Part shown: positions 1 through 13,601 of the stretch, piece by piece | How positions within the stretch are numbered: position 1 is the first letter of the stretch | Layout: every line of letters begins with the position of its first letter | Source of the DNA: Laetmonice hystrix | Lineage: Eukaryota | Direction of reading: 5' to 3' | NCBI GenBank assembly: GCA_965235115.1 | Contig: OZ249441.1 | Span: 4,402,001-4,466,000, forward strand | DNA: 64,000 nt | Notes under the pieces: generated by a model | The model's input: the letters and a program-made list of their open reading frames with translations, nothing else | Database searches by the model: none | What the model was told of the DNA's origin: nothing | Position numbers and translations under genes: made by a program

Positions 1-825
1 GTTAATACAAACCAATCTACCATAATTAATCTGAGTGTTTTTTTCGAACGATTTTCAACCTACGGTATATTTATCTGGATTATACTCTTTGCGAAAGAAA
101 ATATCAACAAATGTTCTCTTCATGCTGCATTTATTCTGCAGGACTATTTGATAGGAATTTTGTTACGACATCAATCTGTCATTACCTGTCTATAAATCGT
201 TTTTGAGATTCAGAACTGTTCTATTAAAAGGCTATATGATGCCCTAGGTAAAATATTCTTTACTCGTTTGTCTGCTTTCATGACAATAAACACGCTAGCC
301 TTGCACGAAATGCGTGTTATGAAAACTAAGTGCCTTTTGATCAACAGTACATCATTAAAAACTCGCTACTCTGATAAACCTGATTATGCCGGCCCATTAA
401 CACACCTCAGTCATTATTAGGGTCTTGTTTCATTCTCCAATCTACATCCTTGACATTGTTATGTTTCTGTGCAACTAAAGATCGGATTTTACCACTCGAC
501 GCTCTGTTCATCCTCACACTCTCTTGGCACGATGCCTGGGTTCGCAGTCAGCCTTGTGCGACCTGTTACATTCAAAGCTAGATCTACAATTTTAGGGGTT
601 GGTTTCGTGCTTGGTTTAGTAGTGTGTCTTGTCAAAAAGATCCTTGATTTATTGCCATGTGGATCCAGAATTTTCAAAAGGGGGAGGACTATTCCAATAA
701 CAGAAGCCAGGGTACGGGAACAAACAGGTAAAGGGCAAATAAAATGTAAAACAGAAAAAAAAACCTACACGTAGATTTGGGAGGAACGCTGTTGCTCGAA
801 TGGACAATGGACTTACCACTTTGCT

Positions 826-2317
826 CCTACATGCCGGTGTACAAACATTCTGTACAATGACAACGGACCATCTGGCCCATGTACATGCCGGTGTACAAAC
901 ATTCTGTACAATGACAACGGACCATCTGGCCCGTGTACATGCCGGTGTACAAACATTCTGTACAATGACAACGGACCACCTGGCCCGTGTACATGCCGGT
1001 GTACAAACATTCCGTACAATGACAACGGACCATCTGGCCCGTGTACATGCCAGTGTACAAACATTCTGTACAATGACAACGGACCATCTGGCCCGTGTAC
1101 ATGCCGGTGTACAAACATTCTGTACAATGACAACGGACCACCTGGCCCGTGTACATGCCGGTGTACAAACATTCTGTACAATGACAACGGACCACCTGGC
1201 CCGTGTACATGCCGGTGTACAAACATTCTGTACAATGACAACGGACCATCTGGCCCGTGTACATGCCGGTGTACAAACATTCTGTACAATGACAACGGAC
1301 CACCTGGCCCGTGTACATGCCGGTGTACAAACATTCTGTACAATGACAACGGACCGTCCGGCCCGTGTACATGCCGGTGTACAAACATTCTGTACAATGA
1401 CAACGGACCATCTGGCCCGTGTACATGCCGGTGTACAAACATTCTGTACAATGACAACGGACCATCTGGCCCGTGTACATGCCGGTGTACAAACATTCTG
1501 TACAATGACAACGGACCATCTGGCCCGTGTACATGCCGGTGTACAAACATTCTGTACAATGACAACGGACCATCTGGCCCGTGTACATGCCGGTGTACAA
1601 ACATTCTGTACAATGACAACGGACCATCTGGCCCGTGTACATGCCGGTGTACAAACATTCTGTACAATACATGCTGGCGTACAAACATCCTGTACAATGA
1701 CAGCGGACCATCTGGCCCGTGTACATGCCGGTGTACAAACATTCTGTACAATGACAACGGACCATCTGGCCCGTGTACATGCCGGTGTACAAACATTCCG
1801 TACAATGACAGCGGACCATCTGGCCCGTGTACATGCCGGTGTACAAACATTCTGTACAATGACAGCGGACCATCTGGCCCGTGTACATGCCGGTGTACAA
1901 ACATTCCGTACAATGACACCGGACCACCTGGCCCGTGTACATGCCGGTGTACAAACATTCTGTACAATGTCAACGGACCACCTGGCCCGTGTACATGCCA
2001 GTGTACAAACATTCTGTACAATGACAACGGACCATCTGGCCCGTGTACATGCCAGTGTACAAACATTCTGTACAATGACACCGGACCACCTGGCCCGTGT
2101 ACATGCCGGTGTACAAACATTCTGTACAATGTCAACGGACCACCTGGCCCGTGTACATGCCAGTGTACAAACATTCTGTACAATGACAACGGACCATCTG
2201 GCCCGTGTACATGCCGGTGTACAACCATTCTGTACAATGACAACGGACCATCTGGCTCGTGTACATGCCGGTGTACAAACATTCTGTACAATGACAACGG
2301 ACCATCTGGCCCGTGTC
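826..2317. repeat. 54-bp minisatellite, ~27 copies
   Basis: Unit tacatgccggtgtacaaacattctgtacaatgacaacggaccatctggcccgtg. Confidence 0.97.
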
Positions 2318-3029
2318 GATGGGTTTCTAACATCCCATCAGTTGAAGAGATTTCTAAAGTGGTTATCGATTTACGTTACAAAAATAGTCAAGCACCCTTG
2401 CAGCTGTGGGCTACATGAAATTGAGCACTAAAATAGCATCTATGTTTTTCACGATTCTTACTTTTAAGAGACGACACATAATATTAAATGGGTTTTCTGG
2501 TGACATATGCCATCATTTCATCCCGTTATCTTTGATCCACTAAAGTTTGAAATCATTTTAACCAAGGAGTTATCACTCGTATACTCGTTGTTTTAACTAA
2601 CCACAGAATAAGACTGACTGCATGACGCTGGATCAATATTACAGGCATGTTTATGATTTATATCAGAAACACCTGTTACAGCTTGGCCTGTCACCAGGGT
2701 CGTTGGCTCGAAGATTACACCTTTATCATTTCAGCTGTGAGCAAAAGACCACTTGGAAGTGCCTGGTAGATACACCCACATAAGCCAGAATTACTTGGAC
2801 GAACCTGAAGTGGTTGTTAACCTCTTACTGCTAAATTAGTACCATTGATCACTTTTATATCACCTTCCAGTCCCCCCCCCCCCCCCAACTGCATGAGAAA
2901 GAGAAAAGAACTATGGCCGTTCTCATTTTGGGAAAAAGGACGTTCTCTTTATGAATAGGTTATAAACATACGTATGTGTAAATATACACACCAGGGTCCT
3001 CAAATATTCCTTCTTATATAAAAACTTCG

Positions 3030-3395
3030 AGTCTGATCAGAGTTGTTTGTTTCAGTTCAGAAACCTCCAGTCTGGTCAAAGTTGTTTGTTTCAGTTCAGA
3101 AAACTCCAGTCTGGTCAGAGTTGTTCGTTTCAGTTCAGAAACCTCCAGTCTGGTCAGAGTTGTTCGTTTCAGTTTCCAGTCTGGTCAGAGTTGTTCGTTT
3201 CAGTCCTAAAACCTCGGGTCAGAGTTGTCCGTTTCAGTTCAGAAACCTCCAGTCTGGTCAGAGTTGTTCGTTTCAGTTCAGAAACATCCAGTCTGGTCAG
3301 AGTTGTTCGTTTCAGTTCAGAAACCTCCAGTCTGGTCAGAGTTGTTCGTTTCGGTTCAGAAACCTCCAGTCTGGTCAGAGTTGTTCGTTTCAGTC
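3030..3395. repeat. 39-bp minisatellite, ~9 copies
   Basis: Unit gtctggtcagagttgttcgtttcagttcagaaacctcca. Confidence 0.95.
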
Positions 3396-4309
3396 GCCAT
3401 GCAGTAGTATGGTTTTAAAATGATCACGAAAGTCTGATCGCTTTTTGCACATTTATCCCCCCCCCCCCCAAACCACCGCCGTCTCGGAAAGGTGGGTGGG
3501 TCGGGAAGCAGTCGGTGCTTCCACCTGATGCGGATCCATATTATTAATAGCAGAAAACTGCTCATCTGTACAATGCCCAATCCCCACTGCCTGTCTGTCT
3601 CCCAGCGAGCTCATTTACCCATCAATTTTCTTATGTTGCGTTGATGATGAGCTTGTCATGTCACTTCAATGTTCATGATGTGCTGGAGCACAGCTGATGA
3701 AACAAATCATTGGTACTGATGGTTTAGGGAAGCCGGTCGCCCCCCCCCCCGCCCCCTCAATCCTCTCAGCTGACGTCGCCCCTCCTGGCGACGTTTCCGG
3801 CCCACCCGGACCACGTGACGACTATTTGTAATGTCGGTTCCAGCCGGAATTTGCTTTTCCGTCTAATGGTTACTCATTGAATTGTTGACTGGAAGCCGCG
3901 TGGGCTGTCATCCCACGTGGTGGAACGATAATACAAGGTCAAAAGGTCTTCCGACCTTTCCCGCCCAACAATTCAAGCAGGCGTAGAAAATGACTTTCCA
4001 TTTGATATTGACTGCAGTCTCCTTGACAAGCGGGCCTAGTGAGCGGCGCTCGTGTCACTGCTGACCACTCGGACGTGGAGACGGCGCCGACAGACAGACA
4101 ATAGGGCATTGCCCCCGGACAACCCTACTGTCACTGACCACTAGACAGCACCATTTCATTGTCACCGACTTTTTACCCACAGGATGGCGGAATAGTCTGC
4201 GGGTAGTGAATGTAGTTCACTCTAGTACGGTAAAAGGAGCTGATCTGATACCTAAAGATAGGTGGAATAAAAAAACGAGGGTCCTCTCTAAGACTCATTA
4301 TGTTGTAGG

Positions 4310-5750
4310 CAGGGATGAAAGTGGCCAGCGGTAAGATTTCCTGAAATCCTGACCGGGGGGCAGCGGCGGGGGCCAATGTCCATAATTAATATTTGTTCGT
4401 GCGCACATCCAAGGGGCTTACCCCCCCCCCCCTTAAAAAAAAGTCAGGCTAGGAACAACAGACAATCATGATCCGATAAGGCCTCCTAGCTATTATATAT
4501 TATAGGGCCTAGCCCTCAGTATTTAGTCGCCACCCCCCCCCCCCAACCCCCTGCAAATTTGTTGGATAGACTCCATCACTCATCAGTCCATGCCCCTGTT
4601 CAAGGCTGTTGCTTGCCTGTCACTCAGTGTCACTGTCAACCTCTGCCGTCTCTCTCCAACATTGGAATCCAGTCGGCTTTTAGCGTCCAAAATGCACCGA
4701 TTACGTTGTCAAACAGCTTCCATGTGTTAGACTGACCACACAGGCTGTATATCAGTCTTGACCCTCAGCAGTCACGACCCTCAGCGGCTCTCAGCCAAGC
4801 AACACAGTCGCTGAGTCGAGTGGTTCAGCCCGTGTGTCCATGTGCCACTCATGTTGTTGTAAATATTGTCACTTCCGGTCTTATCAGGACACCTGCACTG
4901 ATCAACAAATGTAATGAAAAGTCCTGACAACCCCAAAACTTCAGTGAAAACCACTTACGTAATGCCATTATCCTCAAATTTATATGCAAGAAAACATTAT
5001 GAGAACTTACTGACATATATACTAGGCAGATTCATAGAACTAAATTGACCCAGTTTCCTGTGAGGAGTGACATTGTGATGGTGCGTAGTTCGTCAGCCTA
5101 ATCACTATCACCGGGACTAGACAGACCGGTCTGTCTATAGTCTCGTTGCTATCACTAAGTGAGCGCTCAGGCAAAACTCGCGCATGGATATGGCATAATG
5201 GCAAGCCTGAATCAACGGGCTTCGCAGCTGCCTGACCATCAGTTTTGCCTGAAGTCATTACCTGAGGTGAGTCGCTCTCACCACAGCGACACGGGGCCGT
5301 GCCTGCCAGACGGGACAGACGCCACCGCGTGCCGGTAGAAGTCAGCCCACGCGGGCCGGTCTATGTGAGCGATGTCACCACAGCTACAGGGACCGCGGGC
5401 GGTACACCAGCACCCCCGGCAGACCGGCCTATGCATGGCGGTACCCGTGACACTGGACGGGTTTGAGACACTCTAATATCCCCATCTATAAACGAACTTT
5501 GGGCAGGTAGAGATATATTGAGCTGCATGGTGTTAAAAAACGTCCTGGAAGGGGATATTGTTTCATTTTATATTTAACAAATAAAATTGCCCACCACACA
5601 GTCCAGGGCAATACTTAGCCTTGGCTTAGGCCTACCTCTTTTGCCTATAGATCTAGGCCTATTTCCTTTTTTGGGTGTTATTTCTTGGGGGGGGGGGGAT
5701 TTTTTCAAATTTCCTGATTTCAGGAAATTTCCTGAAAACTTTCATCCCTG
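4310..5750. mobile_element. Non-autonomous hAT-like DNA element (1441 bp)
   Basis: TIR CAGGGATGAAAGT (4310-4322) and ACTTTCATCCCTG (5738-5750). Inverted subterminal gatttcaggaaat motif. Flanking direct repeat TGTAGG at 4304-4309 and 5751-5756. No transposase ORF. Confidence 0.72.
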
Positions 5751-5779
5751 TGTAGGCGCCTGTGTCGACCTGATCTGAT

Positions 5780-5925
5780 AGGGTTATTCCCCCGTGGTAA
5801 CTTCCAGACTAAATGTTTGGGTAGAGGTTCGGGTTAAGATCAGGGATAGGGACAGGAATTTGTTTTCGGGATGTGTAGGGACCGGGGTTAGGGGTTAAGG
5901 TTTAAGTTACCATGGGGGATATACC
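5780..5925. mobile_element. Short MITE with GGGTTA-like core
   Basis: Inverted ends agggttattcccccgtggtaact / agttaccatgggggatatacct. A related copy lies in the opposite orientation at ~31325-31410. Confidence 0.6.
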
Positions 5926-6324
5926 TGAGCTAGGTCTTCTCTATACTCTCCTGACTTCTCACTTTCCCATCTAAAGGCTCAGTCCCACTGGGGATTTTTG
6001 GCCTCGGGGATGTTCTCCCGATCTAAATTGAAGAGCCTCGGGAGGCGTCGGGAACAGGTTCCCCGGTGTTTCGAGGAAGCCTCGGGAGCGTCGGGAGCCA
6101 TGTGGAACCATCGGGAGGCATCGGGAGAACTGCGAAAAAATTTCAATGCCTGCATTGAAATTTTTCCTGATGTGTTCCCGACGTTTTGTCGGTAAAACAG
6201 GCCGGAGAGGCAACCCCGTAGCTTTCCCGAGCCCCGGGGAAACCCCGGGGGATGCTTCCCCTAAGCTTCCGCGAAACCTTCGTCCCCCCGAACCTCGTGT
6301 GTTGTTTCGGCGAAGGATCAGGGA

Positions 6325-8602
6325 ACCTCCTTAGCCTGAGTTAGCCTAGCGCACTCCCCACACAATCTCTCAGTTAGCTGTCTCTCAACCTTAGCCTGAG
6401 TTAGCCTAGCGCACTCCCCACACAATCTCTCAGTTAGCTGTCTCTCAACCTTAGCCTGAGTTAGCCTAGCGCACTCCTCACACAATCTCTCAGTTAGCTG
6501 TCTCTCAAACTTAGCCTGAGTTAGCCTAGCGCACTCCTCACACAATCTCTCAGTTAGCTGTCTCTCAACCTTAGCCTGAGTTAGCCTAGCGCACTCCCCA
6601 CACAATCTCTCAGTTAGCTGTCTCTCAACCTTAGCCTGAGTTAGCCTAGCGCACTCCCCACACAATCTCTCAGTTAGCTGTCTCTCAACCTTAGCCTGAG
6701 TTAGCCTAGCGCACTCCTCACACAATCTCTGAGTTAGCTACCTCTCAACCTTAGCCTGAGTTAGCCTAGCGCACTCCCCACACAATCTCTCAGTTAGCTG
6801 TCTCTCAACCTTAGCCTGAGTTAGCCTAGCACACTCCTCACACAATCTCTGAGTTAGCTGCCTCTCAACCTTAGCCTGAGTTAGCCTAGCGCACTCCTCA
6901 CACAATCTCTCAGTTAGCTGCCTCTCAACCTTAGCCTGAGTTAGCCTAGCTCACTCCTCACACAATCTCTCAGTTAGCTGCCTCTTAACCTTAGCCTGAG
7001 TTAGCCTAGCGCACTCCTCACACAATCTCTCAGTTAGCTGCCTCTCAACCTTAGCCTGAGTTAGCCTAGCACACTCCTCACACAATCTCTCAGTTAGCTG
7101 CCTCCCAACCTTAGCCTCAGTTAGCCTAGCACACTCCTCACACAATCTCTCAGTTAGCTCTCTCTCAACCTTAGCTTGAGTTAGCCTAGCGCACTCCTCA
7201 CACAATCTCTCAGTTAGCTCTCAACCTTAGCCTGAGTTAGCCTAGCGCACTCCTCACACAATCTCTCAGTTAGCTGCCTCCCAACCTTAGCCTGAGTTAG
7301 CCTAGCGCACTCCTCACACAATCTCTCAGTTAGCTGTCTCTCAACCTTAGCCTGAGTTAGCCTAGCACACTCCTCACACAATCTCTGAGTTAGCTGCCTC
7401 TCAACCTTAGCCTGAGTTAGCCTAGCGCACTCCTCACACAATCTCTCAGTTAGCTGCCTCTCAACCTTAGCCTGAGTTAGCCTAGCTCACTCCTCACACA
7501 ATCTCTCAGTTAGCTGCCTCTTAACCTTAGCCTGAGTTAGCCTAGCACACTCCTCACACAATCTCTCAGTTAGCTGCCTCTCAACCTTAGCCTGAGTTAG
7601 CCTAGCACACTCCTCACACAATCTCTCAGTTAGCTGCCTCCCAACCTTAGCCTGAGTTAGCCTAGCACACTCCTCACACAATCTCTCAGTTAGCTCTCTC
7701 TCAACCTTAGCTTGAGTTAGCCTAGCGCACTCCTCACACAATCTCTCAGTTAGCTCTCAACCTTAGCCTGAGTTAGCCTAGCGCACTCCTCACACAATCT
7801 CTCAGTTAGCTGCCTCCCAACCTTAGCCTGAGTTAGCCTAGCGCACTCCTCACACAATCTCTCAGTTAGCTGTCTCTCAACCTTAGCCTGAGTTAGCCTA
7901 GCACACTCCTCACACAATCTCTCAGTTAGCTGCCTCCCAACCTTAGCCTGAGTTAGCCTAGCACACTCCTCACACAATCTCTCAGTTAGCTCTCTCTCAA
8001 CCTTAGCTTGAGTTAGCCTAGCGCACTCCTCACACAATCTCTCAGTTAGCTCTCAACCTTAGCCTGAGTTAGCCTAGCACACTCCTCACACAATCTCTCA
8101 GTTAGCTGCCTCCCAACCTTAGCCTGAGTTAGCCTAGCGCACTCCTCACACAATCTCTCAGTTAGCTGCCTCTCAACCTTAGCCTGAGTTAGCCTAGCAC
8201 ACTCCTCACACAATCTCTCAGTTAGCTGCCTCTCAACCTTAGCCTGAGTTAGCCTAGCACACTCCTCACACAATCTCTCAGTTAGCTGTCTCTCAACCTT
8301 GCGTTAGCCTAGCACACTCCTCACACAATCTCTCAGTTAGCTGTCTCTCAACCTTAGCCCGAGTTAGCCTAGCGTACTCCTCACACAATCTCTCAGTTAG
8401 CTGCCTCTCAACCTTAGCCTCAGTTAGCCTAGCACACTCCTCACACAATCTCTCAGTTAGCTCTCTCTCAACCTTAGCCTGAGTTAGCCTAGCGTACTCC
8501 TCACACAATCTCTCAGTTAGCTGCCTCTCAACCTTAGCCCGAGTTAGCCTAGCGCACTCCTCACACAATCTCCCAGTTAGCTGCCTCTCAACCTTAGCCT
8601 GA
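6325..8602. repeat. 60-bp minisatellite, ~38 copies
   Basis: Unit accttagcctgagttagcctagcgcactcctcacacaatctctcagttagctgcctctca. Occasional 4-bp-deleted units. Confidence 0.97.
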
Positions 8603-9269
8603 GATCCAGCGGCACTGGCCGACGCCCACTTCCACTAGGGTCTGCATGCTAGCAATCCCATTAGATGCGGGGGGGGGGTTAGCTAGCGGGTGGCTTGTCT
8701 GAAGGACCCTAAATCAGATGAAACCAGATAAAAGTTATAGCCATTTATGTATTCACCACAGAGTGTACACTCTACACAAGGGTTGTAACAGCTACCACAA
8801 TACACCATCCTTGATATACCACCGTGACCGTACAGTGTATGAGCCGCACCGTTTTACCATCAAACTCCCTATGAAAAATACCTGAAAGATCTCGAGAATA
8901 GTCACTCCATAATGAGGTGTATGAGTTATCTGAATGTACACACCAGCTCCCATTATCTTACGTTGCTGTCAATAGCTTTCTAAGTGAATAGAACTCAATA
9001 GGTGTGATATTTTTCATGGCTCCCTTCATGGCTCTTTGACTGTTTTAAAATCTACTTGAATGTTCGAATGGTTACTGCGATAAGCTCACTCGGGTGTGGG
9101 GCTAAGAAATGGTGCTCCATATAACCATTTACCTATTTTTCCCCTTCAAACATGCCTGAAATGGTTGAATGGTGTTCGAGAACTTGTATACACATTTATA
9201 AATCGTTTGTATCGTCATAACCTCATTGTTTGGAAACATGTCTGATACGAAATTTTACAAATATTATCT

Positions 9270-10590
9270 AGAACACATTTTTCATACCCTCCCATACATC
9301 GAGCACATAGTTTCCTCTGTATTATCTAGAACATATTTTTCATACCCTCCCATACATCTAGCACATAGTTTCCTCTGTATTATCTAGAACATATTTTTCA
9401 TACCCTCCCATACATCGAGCACATAGTTTCCTCTGTATTATCTAGAACATATTTTTCATACCCTCCCATACATCGAGCACATAGTTTCCTCTGTATTATC
9501 TAGAACATATTTTTCATACCCTCCCATACATCGAGCACATGGTTTCCTCTGTATTATCTAGAACATATTTTTCATACCCTCCCATACATCGAGCACATAG
9601 TTTCCTCTGTATTATCTAGAACATATTTTTCATACCCTCCCATACATCGAGCACATAGTTTCCTCTGTATTATCTAGAACATATTTTTCATACCCTCCCA
9701 TACATTGAGCACATAGTTTCCTCTGTATTATCTAGAACATATTTTTCATACCCTCCCATACATCGAGCACATAGTTTCCTCTGTATTATCTAGAACATAT
9801 TTTTCATACCCTCCCATACATCTAGCACATAGTTTCCTGTGTATTATCTAGAACATATTTTTCATACCCTCCCATACATCGAGCACATAGTTTCCTCTGT
9901 ATTAGAGAACATATTTTTCATACCCTCCCATACATCTAGCACATAGTTTCCTCTGTATTATCTAGAACATATTTTTCATACCCTCCCATACATCTAGCAC
10001 ATAGTTTCCTCTGTATTATCTAGAATATATTTTTCATACCCTCCCATACATCGAGCACATAGTTTCCTCTGTATTAGAGAACATATTTTTCATACCCTCC
10101 CATACATCTAGCACATAGTTTCCTCTGTATTATCTAGAACATATTTTTCATACCCTCCCATACATCGAGCACATAGTTTCCTCTGTATTATCTAGAACAT
10201 CTTTTTCATACCCTCCCATACATCGAGCACATAGTTTCCTCTGTATTATCTAGAACATATTTTTTATACCCTCCCATACATCTAGCACATAGTTTCCTCT
10301 GTATTATCTAGAACATATTTTTCATACCCTCCCATACATCTAGCACATAGTTTCCTCTGTATTATCTAGAATATATTTTTCATACCCTCCCATACATCTA
10401 GCACATAGTTTCCTCTGTATTATCTAGAACATATTTTTTATACCCTCCCATACATCGAGCACATAGTTTCCTCTGTATTATCTAGAACATATTTTTCATA
10501 CCCTCCCATACATTGAGCACATAGTTTCCTCTGTATTATCTAGAACATATTTTTCATACCCTCCCATACATTGAGCACATGGTTTCCTCT
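9270..10590. repeat. 58-bp minisatellite, ~23 copies
   Basis: Unit ttatctagaacatatttttcataccctcccatacatcgagcacatagtttcctctgta. Confidence 0.97.
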
Positions 10591-10985
10591 GCAGTCGTTT
10601 CACTCTGTGAGCCAGAAGACACAGTTTACAGAGGCTGTCACCTTCCTTGATGACAAACTGAGCCGAGATAGAAACACCGGTCCTTATGATCTTTAGCACA
10701 ATCATGATGACTTCAAAGCCGTACCCTCTTTTTCACCTACTCAGTGACACATAATCTGACGCTTGCCCCCTTTCAAGTCTAACAGGCCATATACTTTTTG
10801 TACATAACCTTCCAGGATGATTCACCTACACTGCCCTTTCCCTCAAGATTACCTGTGTGTCAAACAAAGAAACATGTACAAGTTCCTCTGTATTCTAACC
10901 ATGATTTTTTTTACAGTGATAGGCCGAGTAAGATTAGGTAATCAATACTGTTGTATACATGAAGCAGAATGAATTTGTCACCTAC

Positions 10986-11075
10986 TTGGCAGCGATGTGT
11001 AGTAAATTTCTCTGAGCACGGCCAAAGGCGAAGTTGACATCAAAGGAAGAGTTCGCTAGTAATTCAGCAACAGAC
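10986..11075 (-). CDS. HACE1: HACE1 coding exon 3 (start of ankyrin repeats)
   Basis: 90-nt exon with acceptor cttgtcaaaCAG and donor GTAGGT. Encodes [30 protein letters not shown] (recalled human: [30 protein letters not shown]). Confidence 0.93.
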
Positions 11076-11704
11076 CTGTTTGACAAGATAAGAGACCGTT
11101 TGACACTCATTTTTAAATCGATTTTCCCCCATATTAATGAAGAGTAGCATCAGTCATTATTAGATGTTAGAGTGCGAGTTCTCCTAAGGTAAACCTGCTA
11201 TTACCTGAATCATGATTACATCTTTAAATCCCTCATACCATAAAGAAGCTGGCCTGTACCATATTACAGAGTTCTCCTAAGGTAAACCTGCTATTACCTG
11301 AATCATTATTACATCTTTAAATCCCTCATACCATAAAGAAGCTGGCCTGTACCATATTACAGACTATCAGTAACATTCGCAGCTCCCAGCTAGCACCCAT
11401 ACTTGTACCCTATGTAAGGTCTCTCTGCCTGCTGACAACAAGCCGCTAACTTTCTATCCCTGAACACTTCTATCCCTGAACACATCAGATGTATTGGATT
11501 TATTATGTCATGTGTAGCAGTAGTTAGGGAGAAAGTATTATTGTCCCTATTTGATCACTTCCTGATAACAGAACAAAGAAGTTGTTATGTGGAGCGTACA
11601 CATCTCACACATCGACTTCTATGTTCTGTTCATACCAGACTCACCAGCTTAAGTTAACTGATATCTTGTCATATAATAACTCAATACAGGTGTGCCAGCA
11701 CAGT

Positions 11705-12185
11705 TCAGATCGCCTACCCCAGAGTGGTGTGTAGATCACATCACACAATCACTGATCGCCTAGCCCAGAGTGGTGTGTAGATCACATCACACAATCACTG
11801 ATCGCCTACCCCAGAGTGGTGTGTAGATCACATCACACAATCACGGATCACACAATCACGGATCGCCTACCCCAGAGTGGTGTGTACATCACATCACACA
11901 ATCACTGATCGCCTAGCCCAGAGTGTTGTATAGATCACATCACACAATCACGGATCGCCTACCCCAGAGTGGTGTGTACATCACATCACACAATCACTGA
12001 TCGCCTAGCCCAGAGTGTTGTATAGATCACATCACACAATCACGGATCGCCTACCCCAGAGTGGTGTGTAGATCACGTCACACAATCACTGATCGCCTAC
12101 CCCAGAGTGGTGTGTAGATCACATCACACAATCACTGATCGCCTACCCCAGAGTGGTGTGTAGATCACATCACACAATCACCACA
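11705..12185. repeat. 46-bp minisatellite, ~10 copies
   Basis: Unit gatcgcctaccccagagtggtgtgtagatcacatcacacaatcact; inside HACE1 intron 2. Confidence 0.95.
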
Positions 12186-12212
12186 TCAAAGAACCATCGT
12201 GTACCTGTACGA

Positions 12213-12412
12213 TGCTGATGTCAATCATCTTGTCCTCACAAGCTGATGTCAATCATCTTGTCCTCACAAGCTGATGTCAATCATCTTATCCTCACAAGCT
12301 GATGTCAATCATCTTGTCCTCACAAGCTGATGTCAATCATCTTGTCCTCACAAGCTGATGTCAATCATCTTGTCCTCACAAGCTGATGTCAATCATCTTG
12401 TCCTCACAAGCT
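12213..12412. repeat. 28-bp minisatellite, ~7 copies
   Basis: Unit gctgatgtcaatcatcttgtcctcacaa. Confidence 0.95.
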
Positions 12413-13371
12413 AGTTGCCAACTAGACTTGAGATGAAATCAGTGTTTTTCCCCTCTCCCTCCATGGCACCCATTTGAACGATTATTTGAGAAAACAAGCT
12501 CACAATAGAGGTTTCTACAGTCAGAACCCGTTATTTTATGATTTTTTTCCATTCCTTTATTTATACTAGGAAATTTTGGGTATATATATGGGATACCGGT
12601 TTTCAAAACTGCCCAGTCCAAAAAGCTACCATTAATTAACTTTACAAAGTAGATTTTTTAAAATGACGCTAACATGAATGCATGAAAAGATTATAATGGC
12701 AGAATTAGATGGTAATGTGATGATATTATGACAACAAATGGGTACGAATTTTAACTCATCGTCTCTTCAGTGATTTAATAATTATAGTGGGGATCCATAT
12801 TAGGGTTAGTTGCTAATTTTTGTTCTCTGGAGAGTTACGAGGGTACACTGTGACCAGACTGTGGTACATTCCGACTAGGGGGGTGGTACACTGTAACTAG
12901 CCCCTGCTACACACCAATTAGGGTACACTCAGGCAGTGGTACACTCTGATCATATTCTGTAGTCGCGTCTAGCCTGAAGCAAAACCACCAAAGGCTGTCA
13001 CTCTCTCCCAGCCACGGGCGATGCTTAATGTGGACATGTAGGTTTACAGGAGGCCAATGCTTATGCTAGTCTTTGCTGTACATATGCAGTTTTAAGTAAG
13101 ATCTATGCTAGGTTATGGGACATAATGACAACAGGTTTGGTACATGGGGCTCTGGCACATGGGGCTCTGGCACATGGTGCCAATGGTACATAGTGACTAC
13201 TATTCCTGAGCTCCTGTGGGATCCTGATCAAGTTTTTTCACAAAGTTTTATCTTATCTTACTTTTCCTGGACAAATAATATCAAAACATGTTTATCTCAG
13301 CTCTAACTTAAGTTGTGGCTACAAATAAAAATTGATGGTAGATTCTCTGAAGAATAAACAATATTTCATAC

Positions 13372-13426
13372 CTGTGTTGGTTTGCGATTACCATGGGCAT
13401 TAAAACATATGATGCTGACGTCGAAT
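13372..13426 (-). CDS. HACE1: HACE1 coding exon 2
   Basis: 55-nt exon with acceptor ttctcttcaCAG and donor GTATGA. Encodes DSTSASYVLMPMVIANQHR (recalled human: DNETAVYTLMPMVMADQHR). Phases 1->2 join the neighbouring exons. Confidence 0.92.
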
Positions 13427-13601
13427 CTGTGAAGAGAAAACATCTGCTTAGTTGTCATGATAAGACTTCAACTTATGTGATGAGATCATTCATGCCTTAA
13501 TGTCATCATATCTTCCACTTTGAAATACAGATTAGAATTCCAGAACAATTAAATTTGTTGTTCAGCCAACCTACGGTTCGACAATGAACTTCAGGACTCA
13601 C

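Noticed and set aside
800-2431. 543/506/375-aa ORFs
   Set aside because: By-product of a 54-bp stop-free unit that is open in several frames on both strands; no protein signature.
5282-5383. 102-nt minus-strand phase 2->2 segment starting with CG as HACE1 exon 4
   Set aside because: Phase and size fit, but CGDIAHIDRPAWADFYRH... has no ankyrin consensus, and it lies inside the hAT-like element.
6318-8568. CEECARLTQAKVERQLTERL repeat ORFs resembling a Cys/coiled-coil protein
   Set aside because: Translation of the 60-bp array; broken by 4-bp frameshifting deletions.
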